Positions 1-10,191 of a stretch of DNA of 64,000 bases are shown piece by piece. Each line of letters starts with the position of its first letter. Positions within the stretch are counted from its first letter, which is position 1. The DNA comes from Tubulanus polymorphus (taxonomy: Eukaryota > Animalia > Nemertea), in assembly GCF_964204645.1 (NCBI RefSeq), contig NC_134026.1, positions 22,540,150 through 22,604,149 on the forward strand, in the 5' to 3' direction. Made by a program: the position numbers and the translations under genes. Below the pieces are notes generated by a model, which made no database searches, was not told where the DNA came from, and saw nothing but the letters and a program-made list of their open reading frames with translations.

Positions 1-1390
1 AAATGCGCCCCCGAGGCCCACCGGTTTGTCACCATAGTGATCAGACAAGCACTTGCGGATACATGACACAAAATTCAATGGCCCAGTTCTTTTACTGGCT
101 TTGACTTCAAGAACCTGTGGAATGTAGCGAAAAGGTATCAATTTATTCTTCAATATAAATACAAACAGACAGGGACATATGTATGAAAGCATAATAGCTA
201 ACTTGTCCAGGATTGCCGTCTGAGCAGAAGAAGTTTCCCATCAAAGCAAAGTCAGCAGTATCTAGCTTTTCTAACAACGGATCCTGTGGAAATCAAATAC
301 TGGTATCAGGGCAAGTGATAGAAGTTTACATGCTGTTGTTTGAAATGTGACTCGACACACTTACATTATTTGATAATTTGGAAATATTCGACATTATCTC
401 ATTTGGACCGTTTTCGTTGATCTTTACATTAGCAATTAACTGCAAAACAACACAAACAGACATCGTGTTATAGCCAGGTTCATTCAGAACAAAGAACACA
501 GAACAAAGAAGCTTATCCAAATAATCAGACCCAGGAGAGCATATTCAGGATCAGTTTGATGCAGTTTTTGATTTAGTTTTAAAAATTCCAAATACAAATG
601 ACATTTCTAAATGCAGATTTTCTCAAACAAACAATTCATTTGATTCATTCTGTACGAGTTGGACTTTGTGGTGTTCTTTATGACCCATACCTCCGAGTTA
701 ACGCCCACAACATGGAAAGGACCAGCTCCTGCACCAATGATTGCACCACTCTTCAAACCACAGTCTCTGCCGACTTGTTCTAAATTGTACTTCTACAACA
801 AATCATGAGTCGATTTAGGAGAACATTTCTACGGTTAATGACAAAAGTTTTCCACTTCTGTTATTTTGACCCACAACAGGGAGCAAAGTAGACCAGCGGT
901 GTATTATTCCAATAAGCAAGCCCAAGAAACCTTTAAAGCTCTTAACTTCTAGGCCTACTACTCTCTTCTATTTACCTTTTCTTTCATTACAATAGGAACA
1001 AGGTGGGGAGGTCCGCCAACATCAACAAGCTTTGTATCACCAGACAAACCTTTCAAGCATGCATGATAAATACAATAATCATTCGTGAATTCAATAGCGA
1101 AGCGCTTTAAAATTTACCAATCATAGGCCTACCTTGTGAAGTCAAAGCAAAAGGTTTCTCTGTTAGATTAGGACAATCAACAACTTTTACTGACACATCT
1201 GCAAAGTTTTTTAGTAGTCCTTCTTGCAGTACTACAATAAAAAAATATAACATATTTCAGAATTGATTAACTTGGTTGTCCAGTGTCCACAACCCAGCAA
1301 TTATCAAACTCAAATCCACTCACCAGCAGCCAATTCAGCCAGGTTAGGGCTAAAAAGTGTTGATTTAGTTACTTTTTCTACACCAGCCAT
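1..1390 (-). CDS. C11orf54: C11orf54 / PTD012 homolog (ester hydrolase / beta-keto-L-gulonate decarboxylase family), multi-exon, 3' end beyond the left edge
   Basis: GT-AG exons on the minus strand from ATG at 1390 translate to MAGVEKVTKSTLFSPNLAELAA / VLQEGLLKNFADVSVKVVDCPNLTEKPF / GLSGDTKLVDVGGPPHLVP / GAGAGPFHVVGVNSE / DFALMGNFFCSDGNPGQ / VLEVKASKRTGPLNFVSCIRKCLSDHYGDKPVGLGGAF. This closely resembles human C11orf54 as recalled (VVDCPDLT, GAGAGPF, KRRTGPLNFV). Confidence 0.9.
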
Positions 1391-2092
1391 TATTCTATGT
1401 CAGTGATTTTCTTATCACCACTGAAAAAAAATACTAGGTTGCATGTAATCAATGTCAATGACAATAAATGTTGGTCAGTGGGGTTAGGTCATCAAATGTC
1501 TAAATGTTAGAGTAAATGTAACATTCTAAATAAAAACTAAGACGATAAAGAATACGACGCTGGGGACTTTCATTCATCGTGTGAATACCAGATGTACGGG
1601 TGGTTTCAGGAACAACGGATTGCCCGAACACCGCAAATAAGATTATTGAACCCGGTTTATGGCGATAATTAGTGAAACAATATTCATCCTATTCGACTTT
1701 TTAATACAAAAGCATCGATCTAATAGCAATCTGTGAGTAAAACAATAATTTGTAGGCTAGATAATTGATCTGAATTGATATATCTTCAACTGTCAGAATT
1801 GGAATTTTTATAATAAAAGCAAAAAATACTCAAGTACCGGTAACATACGCTTCAACGGCTGAGAGTGCGGTTTCAGTGACATCGAGTTCTCAAGGTCGCA
1901 GACTGGTTCGTTCCGCTCCGCTGATTCTAGTGCACTGGGAATGGGATGAAGAGTACGTGTGTGAAAGATTTCCATGTGGAATAGACAGTTAGAGACAGAG
2001 AGGAGGTATATAGCTAATAATCAAGGACCCTTGACATACAAGGATGCACCGGCCCCAATATCCCTGTCATGTGTATAGTGGTCATTGACATT

Positions 2093-2349
2093 GCACAGGG
2101 GTTTGGCGATGGGCTTGGATTTTATTTCCGGGTTGTTGATAATCTCGCGAGAAAAGCGTGACGACCGTCTGATAATGATTCTTAACGACCAATTGTTTAT
2201 CGAAACTTTATAGCGGATAAATAAACAATATAAACACAAGGTATTTCCGTGATATTTTGAATTTATTCGCAGTTCATATTTAGCGCCATTCTCGCGAGAT
2301 TATCAACAACCCGGAAATAAAATCCAAGCCCATCGCCAAACCCCTGTGC
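2093..2349. mobile_element. MITE with ~60-bp perfect terminal inverted repeats
   Basis: GCACAGGGGTTTGGCGATGGGCTTGGATTTTATTTCCGGGTTGTTGATAATCTCGCGAGAA from 2093 is the reverse complement of the sequence ending at 2349; no clear TSD. Confidence 0.7.
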
Positions 2350-2363
2350 TTCTTCATTCAATA

Positions 2364-2426
2364 AATCGGCCACAATCAATTAGATTGATATTGAATCAAT
2401 ATCAATCTGATTGATTGTGGCCGATT
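2364..2426. repeat. Near-perfect 63-bp palindrome
   Basis: AATCGGCCACAATCAATTAGATTGATATTGA-A-TCAATATCAATCTGATTGATTGTGGCCGATT, one mismatch. Confidence 0.85.
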
Positions 2427-2574
2427 GTGACATTGTCCTCTGCAAAATATCAGTGACAATGCATTATCATAGGAGTCAGGAGATCCTCAACATCATGATA
2501 ATCATTTTTTCAATAATTATAAATATCAATAGGCATAGTTGTTCATTTTTTAAGTTATACACAAGACTGAAGAA

Positions 2575-5495
2575 ATGTCTGCATGGTTGAAAATTGGTGA
2601 CTTTTTTGTGCTTCCATGGTCCTGTTCTGGGTTAGAGTCTTCGATTGTTGTAGTAAGGGATCGGATGAGGATTTGTTTCGATATAGGCTACGCTCATCGG
2701 GAAACTGTCGAGGCTGAACATGTTTGCATAACGTATGTTGAAATAAATTCTGGAAACTATAAGCGGAGAGGGTTCAATAATGACTTATCTATTAAATGAA
2801 TTTAAACCTTCCTTCTACTGTATAGGTACATCTAATGTCTATTTCAACCTGACTTGAGAGCATTCCGGGTGGCCTAGCTCAGTCAGTCTTGGTAGTACTT
2901 ATGGAAGCCCTGAAACGACATTACGAATTACGTTTTACGAATTACATTTTAAGTTTTACAAATTACGAGTTACGTTTTACAAATTACGAGTTAGGTTAAC
3001 GATTTACCATATAAGCTCCCTGCATTTCGTATGTCGCGCGAGGTCAAGGTCTTATACAATTACGTTTTACGACTTACGTTTTCCATTGACTTATTGGCTA
3101 TTGCTTAAAAAGGTTTTTGGAAAAACACGGGCTTGCAATGAGTCGAATCATGACGAAGAATGAATCTGACTGAATTTATTTTGCATTTCGAAATATATAC
3201 ATGTATATTGTGAAATTGAGGGAGTTTCGTACGCATTTTTTATTACAAATAATAATAAGACCAAGGAAGTCAAAAAGTGACAATTTCAAATGATCAAAAG
3301 TATAGAGATTCAGCCTGCATACGCCCGGATTCATTAAATAATAAATTACAAACACTGACACTGTCCTGTTTGGCAAGGAAGGGCACAATGATTAAGACGA
3401 TACAAAATTGGAAATTATTCGGGGTTCATGGAAATAAAAAGAAATTGGACTCCATATCGGTGCAGATACAATTCTTCAATTGTAACAAATGATCATAACA
3501 AGTCTTAGCTTTTAATAATGAAAATATATATTTTTATTTGAAAGAAAAGCATTTGTCATCCATCATCGTTATTAGTTGAAGTATTCGGCAAAAAATTACA
3601 ATCGATTTCACCACAGTGCTGCCTTCTGCATGCTACCCAAAGTTTAATATTCACGACACGGAGAGTGCACCACAACCTTGACCTCTTGTGAAAAATTGAA
3701 CCGAAATGTAGTGGTAAATCATTGCCCAAAATAAGTCGTAAAACGTAACTCGTAAGACGTAATTCGTAAAACGTAATTCGTAATGTCGTTTCAGGGCTTC
3801 CATAGTCAGTCTTGGTAGTACATACCTGATAAAGGTCTTAATAGGACCAGAAAGGACTGGCAGTCGACCTAAATCATCATTTTTTCATCCATTTGAAACT
3901 GTATTGAAGGATATCCAAAAAGTCTTCACTGAAAGGGGTTAAATGAAGAGAAGTGACTCCATGATTTGAAAGTTTAACAATATGTTTCCATGCCTACGTA
4001 TCAAATTTCAGTTGGTAGGCATGGACACATATTGTTAAACTTTCTAATCAGGAGTCTCTTTTCTCTCAGGAACCCCCCTCAATGCAGATTTTTTGGATAT
4101 CCTTCAATACAGTTTCAAATGGATTAAAAAATGATGATTTAGGTCGACTGCCAATGCATTCTGGTCCTAATAAGACTTTTATCAGGTATGTACCACCAAA
4201 ACTGACTGAGCTAGGCCACTAGGAATGCTCTCAAGCCAGATTGAAATAGAGATTAGAAAGATATTTGTCTATTTTCGTTGTAGACATGGTCATATCGATC
4301 ATATAGCCGGTATTGCCCATCACACAGCTAAACGAGATTTGTATGGAATGTCGATGCCAACATATTACGCACCGAGTCATCTCGTTGATACTTTGAAAGA
4401 TGTCGGGAAAGTTTTTGGCAAGATGCAAGAGAGGTCTTCATCTATGAACAAGATGAATGTTCAAGGTATTGATTATGATGGAGAAGCAATACAGGTAGGC
4501 TATTAGACAATTGTATTTTCCCTGCTTAACAATATATCTAAGACATCTGGACCCAGTTCCACAGTTGTGAGTTAAGAGTTAACTCTGAGTTAAAGTTAGT
4601 TCATTTTCAATGTTTTAACCCAGGGTCAAATCTTAACTCGGAACTGTGGAACTGGACCCCGGACCCAGTTCCACAGTTGTGAGTTAAGAGTTAACTCTGA
4701 GTTAAAGTTAGTTCATTTTCAATGTTTTAACCCAGGGTCAAATCTTAACTCTGGAACTGTGGAACTGGACCCTGATGATAAGTTGAATTGAATAAAAAAA
4801 TGAAATGTTTTTCAAGACCGCGGACCTATTTTACTTCAATTAGATCATTCGTTGAATCATCTAAATCTTTCATCATCTTTTTCAGCTACCCTGGAATCGT
4901 AAATTAAAAGCCATTAAAACTGAGCATACGGTAAAAAGCCAAGGTTATATTATATATAAGGTCATTAGAACATTGAAACCCGCTTACATACATCTTAATC
5001 CACGTGAAATAGCAAGATTGCATAAAGAAGGACACGTAATACATGACATTATGGAAATTCCGGAAGTGGCTTACACAGGTGAGAACATCTATCTGATTGA
5101 ATCAATAACGAAATGAAATAAGATTCATGCAGGTGTGGCTTTGAATTGATTTTTCGCTTGTCGTTAACCTAGGGGATACTACTATCGCTGCCTTCCTGAA
5201 TCCATCTCAAAACCCGGATATCTTCAAAGTGAAACTGTTGATAACCGAAGCGACTTATATTGATTATATGGATAATGGAAGAAAAGTGAACATGGCTTAC
5301 GATCGTGGACATATGCATTTATGGCACATCGCAGAAAATGCCGAACTATTTAAGGATGTAGAAAACATTTTACTAGTACATTTCTCCGACAGATATGACA
5401 TTACATCTATACAGCAGTATGTTAATAGTTCAGTGCCACCATCATTGAGACATAAAGTTCATCTAGGACTTTGTAAAGGTGCTTTGCGCGAGTGA
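2575..5495 (+). CDS. Short-form tRNase Z (metallo-beta-lactamase fold), TM-type / plant TRZ1-like; exons 2575-2732, 4284-4494, 4886-5078, 5173-5495
   Basis: Phase-compatible exons give FDIG, THGHIDH (HxHxDH), TEHTVKSQGY, a short arm LKPAYIHLNPREIARLHKEG, AYTGDT, ITEAT, GHMH and HFSDRY, the tRNase Z motif series. Confidence 0.85.
2832..4256. mobile_element. ~500-bp foldback MITE, interrupted by a nested element, in intron 1 of the tRNase Z gene
   Basis: Long inverted arms CTAATGTCTATTTCAACCTGACTTGAGAGCATTCC...GGAATGCTCTCAAGCCAGATTGAAATAGAGATTAG; an uninterrupted copy lies at 38056-38560. Confidence 0.85.
2900..3804. mobile_element. Non-autonomous TIR element with TAYGG termini (IS3EU-like), nested in the foldback MITE
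   Basis: TIR TATGGAAGCCCTGAAACGACATTACGAATTACG / CGTAATTCGTAATGTCGTTTCAGGGCTTCCATA with 14-bp-period subterminal repeats (TTACGTTTTACGAA). TAY..RTA termini are described for IS3EU. Confidence 0.7.
4549..4772. mobile_element. Tandem dimer of a ~112-bp MITE
   Basis: Two head-to-tail copies with TIR CCAGTTCCACAGTT / AACTGTGGAACTGG; a related monomer lies at 47172-47264. Confidence 0.8.
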
Positions 5496-6166
5496 ACCTT
5501 ATTGTTACTTAAACTGTTTTTGTTGTTGATTATTGATAATATATTCGTTTATATAAAAAATGTTGGTATAGATTTACTTTCGTCTCCATGAGTCTTTTGA
5601 AGTGTCTCTATATCTTTATCCCTTGTTATCACAGATGAATATGTTTTTGTCCTTCGCTTGAAAAGAAAGTTAAGTTTCAGATGTGTTTTGAGTGGCAGGG
5701 CTTCTTTGACACACATTAGGCCTATGTATGTATACACCTGGTTGTCGTTTTTTTTTTTCTTTTTCATAGAATTTATCTTTGTTACGTAAATTTTAAAATG
5801 GTGTAAATCGACCAAACTTGGGTCTTTGGCGGGTGAGACTAACTCAATAGGCCAATTACCTATTTCTTAGCCATTCGATGCATAATTACGTGTAGATTTA
5901 AATCAGGAAAGAAAGTCGTGGATTAAAATCGTCCAGCTCCTTATGTTTATAGATTAACCAATAATAAATCATGGTGCGAAGTAAAAAAGGTGGAATTGAA
6001 TTAAATAGGAGCGCTGGCAAGTGAGGATAAAACTAGCAGTAGACTGGTTGCCGGTCGCTACCTTTATTGGACAGGCGAACAGTCTAAACTAGCAGTAGCG
6101 CCCTCTACTACATGTATAAATACATGTGAATGCGTGGAGCGTGTCGTGTTACATGCGGAAGTAAAC

Positions 6167-8046
6167 ATGAAGGCGCGTTGGTGGTTTGCTCGGTTTGCTA
6201 TTTTAGCGTTGTTTGTAGCAGCCGTAATTGCTCAAGAAGATGATGAAGATGACGATGGCCAAGTGCATAAAAAGTACGATGTCTCGGACAAAGTGATTGT
6301 ATCCGCAAGAGTAGAGGTAAGTAGGCCTAATAGACTAATTAGCGCGCAAATGTGTAGTGTTAAGTACCGAAATATAACATCTGATGAAATTACTAAAATT
6401 AGTAAATGCATTGTTAACAATTTTCTTCAGAGTTGCGACGGATGATTATTGAATAGCCTTCCTAAAGTGAAGGCTTTCATATTTGCTGATGTTCCTCGAT
6501 AGTATCCTTCTTATCATTTTTATTTTCTTTCCTTTCTATTGATATGATTTTTAGTTTTCACATTTTTCTATTCTATTCTATTCTTATCTACTATTATTAC
6601 CTCTCTATTGACCTGAAGTTTTTTTCAGGGGCCTATAGCATAGTTTGCCACACCCGAAATCTGAGCATATGTTTAGGAAAAGCGAACGATTTTGGGTGTG
6701 TCTTACATAAGCAAGAGGCCTCCGAAATCATTTTAGTTTCGCTGTTTAAGTGTTGGTTAAGATTTTCTATTTTACTACTTCTTTCAAAGCTTTCTTTTCT
6801 TTTGTCTATTTTTCTTTATATCTTTTTCTTTACATTTTCCTTGTATTTTTTGGTTTTATATTTTACCTGCATATACGATAGACTCTGCTTCCATTTGGGC
6901 ATGTATAACCCAGGACATTCTAAGTGACAATGGGTCATGATCACTGATTAATTAAGTAGAAAAACTTTCAATATTTGGTCTGGGGAATGTGTAAGGTAAT
7001 CGGCTCAGTGGCAAGCAGAATCTAGGGTAATGCTTCTTATGTTACAATTGGAATGCTTAGAATTCCCTTTTTTATATTCCAGAGCTGCGGAGGATGACGA
7101 CTGAATCGCCTTCCACAAGTGAAGGCATTCATTTATCAAGATATTGAACATTAGTATCCTTAGAATAGTAACCAGTCAAATTTGCTTTTTTCAAGTCAGG
7201 TGTTGGAAAAAGGAAAAATTACAGATAGTGGGTAATGGCATAGAATTCATCCTGCTCGCATGAATGAAAAGTCATTTACTCGACGTCATAAGCAATCACA
7301 TTATGATTAGGTCTATTAAGGAGCAAGATTGCACAGACACTCTGAAGTGATGTGGTTTGACAGATACAATGGAACCTCATTGTAATGACTGAGGACATAA
7401 TGATTTATCAGTTATAGCAAACATGGTTCGAATTTTGTCCCAGTCAGGGCAATTTTTTCATTTTCATACTAGATACCACACACTATCGGCTATGATGGAC
7501 ATATTTTATGGTCCCTGGGGTTCATTGTAATGTGGTTCCACTGTTTGATTAATTATCAAAAGAATGAAATTATATTGACCTGAACAAATTTTAGTTCAAA
7601 ATTGATTGATTTCCCATTCTTTTGAACAATTAACACCGTGCATGAAGCCCACTCATAATCTGAATCCGCATGTTTTGAAAATTGTATCCTACATTCATTT
7701 AACTCACGACTTTGACTGTAAATGGATTGCGGTAGTAAAACCCTTGACAATTTTTCTAGCGAAAATGTTCAGTTCAAAACAGTTCCAGGTCTCGATCCTG
7801 TCATCTTTTTCTTGAATAAAGCAGGGGATAAAGTTGAGGTACGTTTTTTTATTAAGTCGCTTTTGATATGTTGATTAGCCACCTCACTTAAAAGCGATCA
7901 TTAAATGTAAACTTGTTATTGCTGTATTTCAGCGAGTCCTGTTGGCCGAGAAGAAAAGAGAAGAGTGTAATAAAGCACTGACGGATAAAGGCTTTAAAAT
8001 GACCAAACCTGAAGTACCATATGAGGAAGATAAAGAAGAGCTTTAA
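6167..8046 (+). CDS. SELENOM: Selenoprotein M: exon1 6167-6316, alternative exon 2a 6431-6501 or 2b 7083-7153 (each with in-frame UGA = Sec), exon3 7760-7838, exon4 7933-8046
   Basis: Signal peptide MKARWWFARFAILALFVAAVIA, then ARVE-SCGGURLNRLPQVKAFIYQDIEHY-ENVQFKTVPGLDPVIFFLNKAGDKVE-RVLLAEKKREECNKALTDKGF...KEEL*. Matches the SelM pattern (CGGU-xLNRL-xxVKAF, PGxDP, C-terminal ER-retrieval tetrapeptide). SECIS present in the 3' UTR. Confidence 0.93.
6502..6510 (+). other. U12-type (minor spliceosome) 5' splice site after SelM exon 2a
   Basis: GTATCCTTC matches the GTATCCTT U12 donor consensus; phase 2. Confidence 0.85.
7154..7759 (+). other. U12-type GT-AG intron after SelM exon 2b
   Basis: Donor GTATCCTT at 7154. 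Branch CCCTTGAC at 7741-7748 with the branch A 12 nt before the AG at 7758-7759. TA+C rebuilds the conserved Tyr codon. Confidence 0.88.
7367..7543. mobile_element. Degenerate Tc1/mariner-type MITE in the SelM intron
   Basis: (TA)CAATGGAACCTCATT...AATGTGGTTCCACTG imperfect TIRs. Confidence 0.5.
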
Positions 8047-8789
8047 AATCATTTCGTTTTAGTTTTAGTGCTCAATCATCATTTATATGTATACGTATTC
8101 AATTTTTCTTACCTTTACGCATTGTATTTGAATCATATAACTAATTAATATACCTCAAACCCTATACTGTTTTCTACATCGCAAAAACTGCTCTACGATA
8201 TTGTAGAGATTTATGTGTTTAATTTAACCTTAAAATGATTGAAGTGTTAATTTAGTGCGTGTAACCAGATGAATTTTTTCCATTTTATACACGATAAAAC
8301 GTGCTTTTGCGATATACCAATACTTGATCTGGATCTTGCTGATACCTATAGTGAGGTTTCTTTTTTCTAAATGGATTGCTCATTATCGAATGAGGAATTT
8401 GTTGGTCACAACTCAAGATAGACTGGAAGTCAGCACGCGTACCGCAGTATGGGTTTGGTTTAACCCTAATATGCGGTACTCTAGCTTCAGTATATATCTC
8501 ATTCTACGTGTCAAACACTTAGATTGAGAGTGGTCTGAGATCCGTGCTCTATTGTGCTAAAAAATCGTTAGCAAGCACAGCTGGTTATTTTAGCTGGATC
8601 CATCACCGAATAAGATCGTGTACACTGACATGTATATCACAGCTGGTGCTGGAAGACAATGAAACTGTATGTCAGTAAATTCATATCCTGCAATATACTA
8701 ATTATACTATTTTTTAACACCTGTTATCATTCAACACGTCATCCTTAAATCAATACACATCTTAATACACATAAATTTGCAGTTAAACA

Positions 8790-8869
8790 GGCCAGTTTTA
8801 ACTTTAAACAAGAAGGTAATTCAACTAAATCAGTGGAGTTAACCCAGAAAAATTAAGTTAAAACTGGCC
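8790..8869. mobile_element. 80-bp MITE in the predicted SelM 3' UTR
   Basis: TIR GGCCAGTTTTAACTT / AAGTTAAAACTGGCC. Confidence 0.6.
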
Positions 8870-9132
8870 ATCATTTCAGCGACTAGGTACAAGTCAATAC
8901 TTGAACACTAATATGTTTATCATATAGAAATTGTTTGCTCACCAAACATGTATTTACTGATCAAGTCCGTATTCTTATCCCGGAATGTTTCTCTTCCATC
9001 ATCCTAGTGGAATGTGTTAGTGGTTATCTCAATTGTATGGTTCATTTATGATGGGTAGATGGTGGCATTGTTGAGAAAATCCTCTCCGACTTTAACTAAG
9101 TTTAATGCATCGTTGTCAATGATTAATTGAAA

Positions 9133-9200
9133 GCTGATTGTATGATTTTGTTCATCGAAATATTGCAAAATATGATGGACATTTGATGAAAATTAATAGC
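9133..9200 (+). promoter_or_regulatory. SECIS element (type 2) of SelM
   Basis: AUGA (9142-9145), 12 nt, AAA (9158-9160), mini-stem UAUU-GCAA-AAUA, then helix II UGUUCAUCG/UGAUGGACA and UGAU (9184-9187) completing the GA/GA quartet. Helix I GCU(G)AUUG/UAAUAGC. AATAAA downstream at 9410-9415. Confidence 0.85.
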
Positions 9201-9519
9201 AGCCGTTCAGTTATCTTTACAATAATGATCAATTGCTTTGTATTAGATCGCACGACTTGGATTTTACAAGCCATAAATTTATTTTTTTGGTTAATCATCT
9301 TATGATCTCACCATTTCCTGTACTCTATCTATCATCAAGTCTAACTACTATCAATGACTTTTGAAGTCATGGCAATTATGTTATATGCAAGAAGATTTTC
9401 GATTGAATGAATAAATTCTTATGAAAATTATATTTCAGTTATCTTGGTTAATCTTTACTTCCATTGTACTCCACAGTGCATTCCAAAAGTTACTTCAACA
9501 TTTGACTCCCCTTGATGGG

Positions 9520-10191
9520 GAGAACAAAAAGCTGGGTACCCTAATTCAATGTATTATAAGGAGATGTGTTATATGAGAATGCTGACAATTATCAAATATC
9601 ACGACCATGAATTGAAACTTTTATGCACATATAACCATGAGGACTGATGAGACTAAGATGGCTGCCGATTGACTGATCATGGCATTCTGATATGTTAAAG
9701 CATAGAACTACAATGGAAGGGAAGGCCTTTCGTTATAGTTCTATGGTTAAAGGTTCCTTCCCAATATATACCCATCACAAATTTCGATGAATAGTAATCT
9801 ACAGGTCTTAGAATTCAAGCCAAAAATTACCTTTTTGGACTCAAAAAAGGAGGTCACAGGACAATCGTCTTGTGTCAAGTAAATCCAAATGTGATGATGG
9901 GCCCGGGGGGGGGATACATATACATACGGAACATCAAGAAAATTGATCGGGCATCTTCAAAATTTCAAACATAGTCGGGCATCTTGCATCCGATTGGCGC
10001 AGTTTTGGGCTGTAGAAGTAGTATCTAGGGTAGATAACGTAGAAACCAAATCAAGACAATTCATTGAAGCGTCTTCAAAACTTCCCAAAATAACTGGATT
10101 GTTCCCTTTTTGTCCACCTGTCGTTCCATAGTCCATAGATGGACGAAAAATGAACGCAATAGCCTGCTGAGACTAGGCCAAAGTGGGCTAA
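9520..10191 (-). mobile_element. Degenerate Helentron/HINE-like (DINE-1-like) non-autonomous element
   Basis: Shares GAAGCGTCTTCAAAACTTCCCAAAATAACTGGAT and AACGCAATAGCC...AAGTGGGCTAA with the copies at 56.0-57.3 kb and 63.4-64.0 kb; left boundary approximate. Confidence 0.7.
9701..9745. mobile_element. 45-bp hairpin micro-MITE with a 7-bp TSD
   Basis: CATAGAACTA...TAGTTCTATG flanked by GTTAAAG at 9694-9700 and 9746-9752. Confidence 0.7.

Noticed and set aside
6134-6445. 103-aa ORF ending ...SCDG-stop
   Set aside because: It is SelM exon 1 plus a stop-free 114-nt intron plus the start of exon 2a; the apparent stop is the Sec UGA.
8230-8700. Other ATGA-containing SECIS candidates in the SelM 3' UTR (near 8235, 8390, 8659)
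   Set aside because: No complementary helix II or properly placed 3' GA; only 9133-9200 fits.
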